Below, in pieces: positions 7,192 to 14,954 of a DNA stretch of 16,615 nucleotides (positions are counted from its first letter, which is position 1; every line of letters starts with the position of its first letter). Below the pieces are notes generated by a model, which saw only the letters and a list, made by a program, of their open reading frames with translations, did no database searches and had not been told where the DNA came from. The stretch is from a virus (Duplodnaviria > Heunggongvirae > Uroviricota > Caudoviricetes), in IMG/VR virus record IMGVR_UViG_2751185836_000001; one strand, 5' to 3'. A program made the translations under genes and the position numbers.

Positions 7192-7722
7192 TTATATGAT
7201 CTTATGCCTGATGACTGCCTTTTCCCACTTATCATCCGGAAGTTCCATAGCGAAGTCCTCCAGGAGCTTTTGCTTGGTGACCGTGTATTTCATCTGATCC
7301 TGCCTCTCCAGAAGAGTGCGAAGCTCTTTCCAGAAAGAAGGCCGTAGCGACAGGAAACGAACAGCCTGGATGATATTGGTATCAAGGTCCGTGAGCACAA
7401 CGGAAATGCCGGGCGTTTTGGGATGCTCCTTCGGTAGTTCCCCCTGCCGGAAGTGTACTGGGCACTCTGTCATAATGACCCCGCCAAAATCCAGGAGCAG
7501 CACCACGATACCCCGGTATTCATACAGGGCCACCTCGGCCGGCCGACCGGGAAGGAGAGCTGTGATCTCTTCAGGCTTCGGCCCACGCAAATACAGGTTG
7601 GCGATCAGCCCGTTATTTATGCAGTCACAGATGGTCGTTTCCCCCTTCGGCGGAACAAGCTGGTTCGCCCGTCCCCTGACAAAATCGATGTCTTCGTTAT
7701 CTTGCAGCAATTCTGCGCTCAT
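7192..7722 (-). CDS. Hypothetical protein
   Basis: 176 aa ORF with RBS GAGGGGG, in a co-directional minus-strand run. Confidence 0.72.
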   Translation of the reverse strand: MSAELLQDNEDIDFVRGRANQLVPPKGETTICDCINNGLIANLYLRGPKPEEITALLPGRPAEVALYEYRGIVVLLLDFGGVIMTECPVHFRQGELPKEHPKTPGISVVLTDLDTNIIQAVRFLSLRPSFWKELRTLLERQDQMKYTVTKQKLLEDFAMELPDDKWEKAVIRHKII

Positions 7723-7876
7723 CAGTTTCCCCCTCTTTTTTAATGATCTCCGTTATCTCCCGGACCGGCAGCAAATAGATCCGGGACAATTCCCTTTTCG
7801 TGCGGCCAGCCCTGAAATCTCTTACGATATCAGCAGAAGACCAGGCTTCTTTGCTTGGTTCGTTCATAAAGTCCAT
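7697..7876 (-). CDS. 59-aa putative small HTH protein (below the ORF-track cut-off)
   Basis: My translation: MDFMNEPSKEAWSSADIVRDFRAGRTKRELSRIYLLPVREITEIIKKEGETDERRIAAR*. RBS GAGGGGG; it overlaps both neighbours and fills the gap between them. IVRDFRAGRTKRELSRIY resembles a Mor-type HTH. Confidence 0.55.
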   Translation of the reverse strand: MDFMNEPSKEAWSSADIVRDFRAGRTKRELSRIYLLPVREITEIIKKEGETDERRIAAR

Positions 7877-8172
7877 TCGGTGTCCCCCTCATTATATTTT
7901 TTCTTCAATATCCAGTATCGATAAAACCAGTCGTTCTGTATAAATACGACCTCATTACCGTTATCCACGATATCTTCTTCCGGGTGGATCTGGTCATCTT
8001 TCACGGCCTGCCAGGATTGCGTCAGAAATTGGTAACGCTCATCTGCTTCCACTTCCTTAATATCCGTATACCCGCGGATGGGTGTGTGCCACCGCATAAG
8101 CCCCCGCCGGGCCGCGTCCATAATATCTTTCCTGTGAGCCGCATACGCCTCACAGATTTCTTTTTTTCTCAT
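7864..8172 (-). CDS. Hypothetical protein
   Basis: Start taken at MRKKEICEAY (GGAAGG upstream); first gene of the minus-strand run. Confidence 0.68.
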   Translation of the reverse strand: MRKKEICEAYAAHRKDIMDAARRGLMRWHTPIRGYTDIKEVEADERYQFLTQSWQAVKDDQIHPEEDIVDNGNEVVFIQNDWFYRYWILKKKYNEGDTEWTL

Positions 8173-8262
8173 ATAAAATCCCTTCCGTTTATAAGTGACA
8201 ACATCCATTATAGCGAACAATCGTTCTTTTTTCCACTGTATTCTCAAATTGTTTCCACAGCC

Positions 8263-8271
8263 TGTGGATAA
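8263..8271. promoter_or_regulatory. DnaA box
   Basis: TGTGGATAA (reverse complement TTATCCACA), facing the degenerate GTTTCCACA at 8251-8259, in the divergent intergenic region. Confidence 0.35.
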
Positions 8272-8359
8272 CTTTGAAAAAATAATTCATTTTTATATGA
8301 CGGTGGCTCGTCTGAGAAAAAGAGACTTGGCCCTCGTTTGCTACTGTGTTTATATAACA

Positions 8360-8442
8360 GCGGTTGGCTTGACAGCCGAAGCGTGAGGGATTTTCTACTC
8401 ACGAAAGCTTCTTTAATCAAAAAAGGGCATCAAGAAGATTGT
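8360..8442 (+). ncRNA. Structured motif copy 2 (IS200/IS605 right-end/omegaRNA-like)
   Basis: Stem CGGTTG/CAGCCG with loop GCTTGA; CGTGAG/CTCACG; AAGC-N18-GCATCAAGA; CTTGA (8368-8372) pairs with TCAAG (8430-8434). Confidence 0.55.
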
Positions 8443-8472
8443 GGCTATCATTATGTGAAAGGAGCGGTATTT

Positions 8473-8667
8473 ATGGAAAACAGATGCGTATGCTGCGGAA
8501 AGGTTATCCCAGAAGGAAGAATGGTATGCAAAATATGTGAGATTGAGGCAAATAACAGGCTCACATTGAAACAGAAAAAACATGCGTCAGGAAGTACGGA
8601 ACAGCCGGGTAAAAATAAAAGAAGGCTTTTCGTATGGAGAAGCAAAAAGGAGCGACTATTCAAATGA
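8473..8667 (+). CDS. Small zinc-ribbon protein (phage-type)
   Basis: RBS AAAGGAG; MENRCVCCGKVIPEGRMVCKICE carries two CxxC pairs. Confidence 0.6.
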   Translation: MENRCVCCGKVIPEGRMVCKICEIEANNRLTLKQKKHASGSTEQPGKNKRRLFVWRSKKERLFK

Positions 8668-9110
8668 GTTTTTGAACCAATATCACAGTCACCATAAGTC
8701 TGTCATCGCCCACAAGTTCTAAGTGGCGGCGAAAAAGGACGGGGAAATAGTAGGCGTTGCCATTGTAGGACGTCCGGTTGCCCGCGGCCTGGATAACGGC
8801 AGGACCCTAGAGGTGACCAGGCTCTGCACGGACAGGACAAGAAACGCCTGCAGCTTCCTGTACTCGAAATGCGCCTAAATCGCTAAAGATAAGGGGTATT
8901 CTAAGATTGTAACCTATATTCTGGAGAGTTATCCCGGGACAAGCCTGCTGGCCAGCGGGTGGACACTTGAGGAGGCGGGAGTTGGTGGAGGCAGTTGGGA
9001 TACCCCCAGCCGGAGAAGAGAGCTCATCGAAGGCCAGCTTTCTTCCTCCCCTCAGAAGGAAAAATTTCCGACAGGGAAGAAAAAAAAGATATGCAAAACT
9101 ACTGTCCGCA
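8663..9110 (+). pseudogene. XF1762-family (Mom-like GNAT) protein pseudogene
   Basis: NEFLNQYHSHHKSVIAHKF*VAAKKDGEIVGVAIVGRPVARGLDNGRTLEVTRLCTDRTRNACSFLYSKCA*IAKDKGYSKIVTYILESYPGTSLLASGW...GGGSWDTPSRRRE. In-frame TAA at 8720-8722 and 8876-8878; probable frameshift in the A-run near 9080; no clear start. Confidence 0.8.
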
Positions 9111-9188
9111 GGGAGCTTACCACAGAAAACTGCTGGCATCAGGAAATGTGTATAATTATATTATAGAAAACGAAGGAGAGGTATATTA

Positions 9189-10603
9189 ATGAGTAATACT
9201 GTCATCATCACAAGGAAATATATTCTTATTCCCGAAAAATGCAATCAAAAGATATGGAAGAAGAAGGTCAGGGATTTCCTGGCAAGCGAGATCCTCCGCA
9301 TTAATGAACTGATCTCACAAAAGGGTAATAAACAGGCCTGGAAGGAGAAGCTCAAGGCCAAAACAGAGCAGTATGAAGCTTATCTCCAGGAGTATGATGA
9401 AACAGACGTGTTCCCCGTGAAAGCTTATACGGATTACACATACAGCCTGATACGTACCGCGATGGAGGACGAGGCCAGGCGGAAGAACTACATCATGACC
9501 TGGATCTATTCCGAGATGATTGCGAATGGCGTGCAGTATATGGACTCTCTTCTCGACAAGTACAAATTCATCACTGAAACGATCAAGCCGGCTTACCGGG
9601 TGAAAGGCAGCAGCAAAGGCAGCCTTTTTGATGACGTGGAGATCAACAATATCCTTGGCGGCTATGGGAACGGATGGAACCAGGAGTTGACAGCAAAGGT
9701 TAAGGATCTGGTCAAAAACGGGTTGCTCGAAGGAAAAGTCTCCCTGGTAAACTATAAGATAGACTCCCCGTTTACCGTTCCGAAATCAACCATGCGGCTC
9801 ACGCATGACTATAGAACCTATGAGGAGTTATGTGAGCATATACATAAAAAGGACTGCAACTTATACCTGGATTACGGGTCAAAAGGCACACCAACAATAG
9901 CTAGGTTCCGGCTTGAACTGGGGACGGCCAAAAACAAAAAGATATTAAAGACGGAGCTACTCAGGCTGTACTCCGGTGAACACAAGTTATGCGGAAGCAA
10001 GATCGGTATAGAAGGAAACAAGATTGTCCTCTACATGCAATGGAGATCCCGAAAAAGGAAATCCAGTTGGACGAAAATGTCATCTGCGGTGTGGCGCTTG
10101 GTATGAACATCCCCGCGGTATGCGCACTCAATTCTTCCGATGAGAGGAGTATGATCGGATGCGCTGACGATTTTCTCCGTATCCGCGTGCAGATGCAGGA
10201 GCAGAGGAGACGCCTTCAGAGGGCTCTAAAGAGCACATCCGGCGGTCATGGACGCAAGAAAAAGCTGGCAGGCCTGGAACGGCTCAAGAAGCGGGAACAT
10301 AATTTCGTCAACACATACTGTCATTTCATCAGCAAGAGCGTGGTAGATTTTGCCGTAAAGAACAAGGCGAAATATATCTACCTCCAGGATCTGGAAGGCT
10401 ATGACACCAATAAGTTTGTCCTGCGAAATTGGAGCTACTATAAGCTCCAGGAGGATATCACTTACAAAGCGGAGCGCTACGGTATCATAGTACAGAAAGT
10501 AAAGGCTGCTCCTGTCAAAGAAGTAAAAGATCTGGATTATGAAGCTCTTATTAAAGTCGATTACGAAACTGCCAGAGGTATCGCCCTTACAAATGCAGCA
10601 TAA
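9189..10603 (+). pseudogene. Cas12f/TnpB-like protein, predicted nuclease-dead, split by one frameshift at ~10038 (~471 aa if joined)
   Basis: ORF 9189-10106 ends ...KIVLYM and continues in another frame as MEIPKKEIQLDENVICGVALG...GGHGRKKKL...HFISKSVVDFA...YIYLQDL...LRNWSYYKLQ..ITYKAE.YGI...VDYETARGIA. These are Cas12f-type WED/RuvC motifs. Confidence 0.85.
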
Positions 10604-10620
10604 CAGAAGTTTCTCATATC

Positions 10621-10652
10621 GCCCTGTCTACAGTCGTAGGCGGGGCATTTTT
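10621..10652 (+). terminator. Hairpin plus U-tract after the Cas12f-like gene
   Basis: GCCCTGTCTAC-AGTC-GTAGGCGGGGC (11 bp including G-T pairs), followed by ATTTTT. Confidence 0.65.
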
Positions 10653-10682
10653 CGTCTCACAAAATCGGCCGAAATCAGAAAT

Positions 10683-10691
10683 TGGTATACT
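10683..10691 (+). promoter_or_regulatory. Extended -10 promoter candidate
   Basis: TG-G-TATACT about 40 nt upstream of ATG 10732. Confidence 0.4.
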
Positions 10692-10731
10692 AGAGGTGTA
10701 GCAAGGAAGCGCAAAGAAGGAGGAACACGAC

Positions 10732-10989
10732 ATGGCAAAGAAAACAGGATGGTACCCAGTAGACAATAACAAAAAACCGTCTCCTCTGCAAGAGGGGGAT
10801 AGGGTTTGCGTATCTGGAGACACAGCGGAGTTGTGGCTACAGGGCTATAATGTCAGGGTCTCCACGCAGGCCACCGTTGTGGACACTCCTTCTCCCAGAG
10901 ACAAGAAGGTATTGGTCTGTTTGGATGAAATAGACGGGCATCATAATGTGTGGTGCATGGTCAGAAAAAGCAAGGTAACAAAATTATAG
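10732..10989 (+). CDS. Small hypothetical protein (SH3/KOW-like beta-barrel possible)
   Basis: RBS AAGGAGG; LQEGDRVCV...ATVVD...VLVCLD pattern. Confidence 0.7.
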   Translation: MAKKTGWYPVDNNKKPSPLQEGDRVCVSGDTAELWLQGYNVRVSTQATVVDTPSPRDKKVLVCLDEIDGHHNVWCMVRKSKVTKL

Positions 10990-11002
10990 CGGAGGGTGAG
11001 AT

Positions 11003-11371
11003 ATGACCATCAAAGATTTTAACCCGGGACAGAAAATTTATGTATTATATATGAAAAAAGGATATAACGCAGCGCCGGAGCTCTTCGAGAGAAAAGTGGT
11101 AAAGGTCGGCCGCAAATACATCACGGACGACAGGGGCTGCCGATTTTATGAGTCAGATATAATTTTGTCATCAGACAGGCGCACACATGTCTTCTTAGAA
11201 GACCGTGAGTTCGGTGAGAAGGGATTTCTGTTTGCGACCAAAGAGGAAGCGGACTCCTGGGTTGAACTGGACGAGCTGGAGAAATGGTTGGCAACGATCC
11301 GTTGCAATAACCATCCGTATACGGTCGAGCAGTTGCGAAGAGTGAAGGAAATCCTGGAACCGGATGTATAA
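11003..11371 (+). CDS. Hypothetical phage-type protein
   Basis: RBS GGAGGG; DFNPGQKIYV...VVKVGRKYIT is a pattern common in Firmicute phage small proteins. Confidence 0.72.
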   Translation: MTIKDFNPGQKIYVLYMKKGYNAAPELFERKVVKVGRKYITDDRGCRFYESDIILSSDRRTHVFLEDREFGEKGFLFATKEEADSWVELDELEKWLATIRCNNHPYTVEQLRRVKEILEPDV

Positions 11372-11390
11372 GAGAAAGGTGGAATGACTT

Positions 11391-11606
11391 ATGAGGGTAA
11401 TGCTCACTTGGCTGAAGAAGGACGGGACATGCCGAAGTTGGACCAATGCGTCCCCGGAAGAGCACGTCTGCATGTCAGCAACTACTTGGGAGGATGCACT
11501 ACAGAGGATCTGCGAGATCTGGCATACTACTCCCAAGGAAGCGGAGAAGAAAATATACAAAAGTATCTCAAAATTGGAAGTAAAAAGAAAGGAGAGCGCA
11601 AAATGA
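11391..11606 (+). CDS. Small hypothetical protein
   Basis: GAAAGGTGG about 8 nt upstream; its TGA overlaps the next ATG (ATGA at 11603-11606). Confidence 0.6.
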   Translation: MRVMLTWLKKDGTCRSWTNASPEEHVCMSATTWEDALQRICEIWHTTPKEAEKKIYKSISKLEVKRKESAK

Positions 11607-11944
11607 GTTTTGATGAATTTAATCTGTCCCAGGAATACAGCGAAGAGTTTGACCGGCTCCGGAAGAACCGGGTAGAGCAGAGTTTTTACAAGTACGGGCC
11701 GGCCAGGAAGAACTATAGGACCGGATATGTAAAGGCTATCCCATCCATGGAGAGATGTCTCGTTAAGTATAATGAGACTGGCAACAGGGAATACCTGGTG
11801 GATGCCGCCAACTACCTTATGTTTGAGTATATGTTCCCACAGCACCCGAAGGCCCATTTCCGGCAGACGCCGAGTGAGGAAAGCGCCGGCATTGTCGGGA
11901 TCAGCGTGGCTGAGATGGAGAAATATAAAGAAGAGAATTGCTGA
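11603..11944 (+). CDS. Phage-type helical protein, possibly all-alpha NTP-pyrophosphatase (dATP/dGTP diphosphohydrolase-like)
   Basis: RBS AAAGGAG; FDRLRKNRVEQSFYKYG..KN...MERCLVKY.ETGNREYLVDAANYLMFE. The function is a weak inference from the KYG..N and helical pattern. Confidence 0.6.
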   Translation: MSFDEFNLSQEYSEEFDRLRKNRVEQSFYKYGPARKNYRTGYVKAIPSMERCLVKYNETGNREYLVDAANYLMFEYMFPQHPKAHFRQTPSEESAGIVGISVAEMEKYKEENC

Positions 11945-11952
11945 CCATCCAG

Positions 11953-11981
11953 AAAAAGCGGAACCTGGTTCCGCCTTTTTT
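11953..11981 (+). terminator. Intrinsic terminator, copy 2 of the GCGGAACCTGGTTCCGC repeat
   Basis: A5-GCGGAACCTGGTTCCGC (11958-11974)-C-T6 after the stop at 11944. Confidence 0.75.
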
Positions 11982-12134
11982 GTTAATCTGAACTATTCCG
12001 GATATCCTCCGGGTAAAATCGTTCCAACGTACCATCTCCTTGCAAACATTATTTTAGATAATATGGTAATTTTTTTAATACCAGCTTTTCGCATATTTCT
12101 TTTGAAAAAAGCTTTCATAAGAGGAGGAATGAAC

Positions 12135-13028
12135 ATGAAACTTTATTTTGAAGACTTTTGCATTGAAGCCGTTAATTTGCGTGAAATCGCAAAAGCTATT
12201 TGTGAACGGATCACTGTCCCGGATGACATCCCGGAGGGGACACCAGACGAGATAGAGTATGTGCTGGAAGTCGCCGACCATATTTTAGGAAAAAACCGCA
12301 CCATCCTTTACAAAAACGGTGAGCAGCTCATGGAAATGACAAAGGCTGACCTCGGAGATTTGCTCTATTATAGCACCAACCATGGGTATGAGACCCCGGA
12401 TGTGCGTTTCTTTAACGAGTCGGAGGGCAATGAGACCGGAAATTCTTTTTGTCAGATCCTGCTCCTCTACATCGAGGTCCATTACTGGGATATGATGAAA
12501 GAGGGCATAGAAAAGAAAGGCTTCAGTGTAGACCTGGTGCCTGCTGCTGAAGGAGGAGATTTTACGGCTCTGGAAGAGAAAATCTTCACCTCTTCAAATA
12601 ACGCCGTCTACATCTGCTCCCCGCTACGAGGACAGACTCCAGAAGAGACCTATCAGAATATGCTGGCAGCCCGCAAGTATATGTTGGCAGCATACCGTTT
12701 GACAGGTGATCCGGCGGTAGCACCACACGCATACCTGCCTGTTGTTCTGGACGATATGGTTCCAGAAGAGCGGGAATATGGCCTGCTGGCAGGCAAAAAA
12801 CTCCTGTACCGCTGCAAAAAGCTTTTTGTGTGTGGCGACAGGATCTCGGAAGGCATGAAGGGTGAAATCCTGGAAGCGGCGCTTCTGGGTAAACCGATCG
12901 TGACTTTTGACAGGAACATGTTCTGCCGGGTCGCTAACTTGATCTGCGCCGACGACTCTCTTGGCTGTGGTGGCGGTGTGTGCCTGATGCGGGGCTATGA
13001 TGAGCTGGCCACGCCGGCAGCTAAATAG
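12135..13028 (+). CDS. Two-domain protein: unknown N-terminus plus DUF4406/nucleoside 2-deoxyribosyltransferase-like C-terminal domain
   Basis: GAGGAGG 7 nt before ATG 12135; VYICSPLRG...N...ARKY...APHAYLP..LDD..PEER..GL..G..LL..C..L.VCGDRISEGMKGEI..A...GKPI. Confidence 0.75.
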   Translation: MKLYFEDFCIEAVNLREIAKAICERITVPDDIPEGTPDEIEYVLEVADHILGKNRTILYKNGEQLMEMTKADLGDLLYYSTNHGYETPDVRFFNESEGNETGNSFCQILLLYIEVHYWDMMKEGIEKKGFSVDLVPAAEGGDFTALEEKIFTSSNNAVYICSPLRGQTPEETYQNMLAARKYMLAAYRLTGDPAVAPHAYLPVVLDDMVPEEREYGLLAGKKLLYRCKKLFVCGDRISEGMKGEILEAALLGKPIVTFDRNMFCRVANLICADDSLGCGGGVCLMRGYDELATPAAK

Positions 13029-13104
13029 TCTTTAAAGAAAGAGATAAAATCCTCCTATTTTTCATATTCTTAATGAAATTTTATGAAAAGAGGAGGATTT
13101 TATC

Positions 13105-13683
13105 ATGGCAAAATCATATGGAGGTTATGACATCGACGACAGTACCCTGCAGACGTTTGTGAACAGCCTTTGCTGCCACATAAAGATTTCTCGATCGCCT
13201 GGAGTCAAAACAGGGAGTACAAAAGAAATGTACTATGCTCTCTGGGAAGTAGAAAAAATCTTCCGGGAAATACGGAAAGATTTAGATGGGCCAGCATTAA
13301 TGAAAGGATGTATTCCCTTCATTGGCGAGCTTCTCTATTATTGCGAAAACAATGATGAGGTAGTACCCGATATCTGCTTTTCAGACCCAGAAGAGGCTCT
13401 TTGGTCATTTGAGCAGTTGGTCACTCTCTACATCAAAGACCATTACAACAAGGTAAGCTACCTTGTTAGACGGGTGGATGACGGATGGAGATATCCTGAT
13501 GAAGCAGAAAAACTGCTTCAGAATGAACAGGATGTCCTTGTGGAAAAACTGGATGGCACGGTCTCGCCAGCTAAATACAAGACAGCGAACGGTGTGGCAG
13601 GCTTTTTCATTAACGGAGAGAGTTGGTGCATCCGTAAGTGGACTGTCCTCAATGAAGAGAAAGAGTCAATATCTGACCTCTAG
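13105..13683 (+). CDS. Hypothetical protein
   Basis: RBS AGGAGG, 192 aa, followed by a terminator. Confidence 0.75.
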   Translation: MAKSYGGYDIDDSTLQTFVNSLCCHIKISRSPGVKTGSTKEMYYALWEVEKIFREIRKDLDGPALMKGCIPFIGELLYYCENNDEVVPDICFSDPEEALWSFEQLVTLYIKDHYNKVSYLVRRVDDGWRYPDEAEKLLQNEQDVLVEKLDGTVSPAKYKTANGVAGFFINGESWCIRKWTVLNEEKESISDL

Positions 13684-13690
13684 CTAGGAG

Positions 13691-13716
13691 AAGACGGCAA
13701 AATGCCGTCTTTTCTT
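13691..13716 (+). terminator. Intrinsic terminator
   Basis: AAGACGGCA-AAA-TGCCGTCTT followed by TTCTT. Confidence 0.7.
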
Positions 13717-13799
13717 ATTTACTACCATATTTAATAAGAAGAAAGCCGCTGATCTAAAAGATAGATTGGCGGCCAAAACTATCAGGAGGAAAAAGGATA

Positions 13800-14036
13800 A
13801 TGACAGGAAAAAGCAGTTACAAGAATATTTTTGCCACGAAATCAGAAATGGAATTGATGGAGCTGTATAAACAGTTCCTTGAATTCGAAGAGACCGGACG
13901 GCTCCCGGAAGGCACCGAGTTGGAGGACGTCTTTGGAAAATACAGAGAATGGTTCAAGCCAGATGCTGCTCACATTATGCAGTTTGATATCTTACGTGCC
14001 GCGGCGGCACAGTGGTACGAGTCAATGCTCGGGTAA
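13800..14036 (+). CDS. Small hypothetical protein
   Basis: RBS AGGAGG/AAAGG upstream; 78 aa helical sequence. Confidence 0.7.
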   Translation: MTGKSSYKNIFATKSEMELMELYKQFLEFEETGRLPEGTELEDVFGKYREWFKPDAAHIMQFDILRAAAAQWYESMLG

Positions 14037-14101
14037 GGAATATATCCAGAGTTGGCCATAATGCATCTGCTCATGTGAGAAAATGGTGATCATTCCCGCT
14101 T

Positions 14102-14110
14102 TGGTACAAT
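14102..14110 (+). promoter_or_regulatory. Extended -10 promoter candidate
   Basis: TG-G-TACAAT 30 nt upstream of ATG 14140. Confidence 0.4.
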
Positions 14111-14139
14111 GGATATACAAAGCAAAGGAGGAAGAGCAG

Positions 14140-14829
14140 ATGGCAGGAGATATAAGACAGATTTCAGTTTTCATAAACAACAAATCCGTGGTAGAGCTTA
14201 TGAACAAGCTTCACATCACCACACCTGGCAAAGGATGCCGCCTACACAATGAAGGCGACAGAAACTCCAACAACTCTTTGATCGGAATAAACCTTGTAGA
14301 CTACTCGGTAGACCCGTCTGTCTTTGTTTCGGATAATATCACTCCCAGTCAATTAAGGGAGCTGTACTATGAGGCGATCTTAAAAAGGGATGACTTTAAA
14401 TTCAACACATCTAAGATCTTCGGGGAACCCGACAAAGACGGATACTGCACGACCAGGATCATGCGCATCAACCGCCAGCGGAGCTATGTCCAGAATGGAA
14501 AGACTATAGAAAAAAACTACCCATGGACGATCACAGTCGAAAATGGTAAAGGTATTAAAGCAATCAACCAGTATACCGGCGGGTCTTCGATCAAAAAAGG
14601 AACGTATATACGAGAAAAAGCGGCATCAGCAGTCTTATCAGACGGTGACTTTTTTGCGCTCTTTGATAAAGCGGTCCGTTTTGTGGAGGCCTGGGAAGCT
14701 GCATATGCGCCCAAGTTTATTGCGGCTACTATAGACGCGATTGCAAAAGCTGATAAGGAATGGCAGAGCAGGGGGCAGGATGGTCCTGATACAGGGCAGT
14801 CCACAGAAAGTAACGGCTATTCAGAATAG
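14140..14829 (+). CDS. Conserved-looking hypothetical protein of Clostridial mobile elements
   Basis: AAGGAGG 8 nt before ATG 14140; SKIFGEPDKDGY...KNYPWTITVENG...GG..IKKGTY...SDGDFF motifs; function unknown. Confidence 0.72.
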   Translation: MAGDIRQISVFINNKSVVELMNKLHITTPGKGCRLHNEGDRNSNNSLIGINLVDYSVDPSVFVSDNITPSQLRELYYEAILKRDDFKFNTSKIFGEPDKDGYCTTRIMRINRQRSYVQNGKTIEKNYPWTITVENGKGIKAINQYTGGSSIKKGTYIREKAASAVLSDGDFFALFDKAVRFVEAWEAAYAPKFIAATIDAIAKADKEWQSRGQDGPDTGQSTESNGYSE

Positions 14830-14954
14830 TATTTAGAAGTTAACGGAGGAAATTCTTGGAGAGAATGATGTGGAGAATTACAAGTACACGCTCAATTTTA
14901 ATCCCAACATGTGGCTCCCTGTAGAGGTAGAGACGATTGATTAAGGAGGAGCAA

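Noticed and set aside
8720-8878. Stop-codon reassignment explaining the in-frame stops
   Set aside because: Both are TAA, which terminates many ordinary genes in this window; known phage recoding involves TAG or TGA.
10604-10731. CRISPR array or full tracr/omegaRNA directly downstream of the Cas12f-like gene
   Set aside because: No repeat-spacer periodicity anywhere in the window. This 128-nt gap is accounted for by a terminator hairpin, an extended -10 and an RBS, though a short RNA overlapping the gene's 3' end cannot be excluded.
11384-11602. N-terminal half of the 186-aa ORF 11384-11944
   Set aside because: Poor RBS spacing; better explained as ORF 11391-11606 coupled by ATGA to a gene starting at 11603.
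11772-12134. N-terminal extension of the 418-aa ORF
   Set aside because: It runs through another gene and a terminator; the strong RBS marks ATG 12135.
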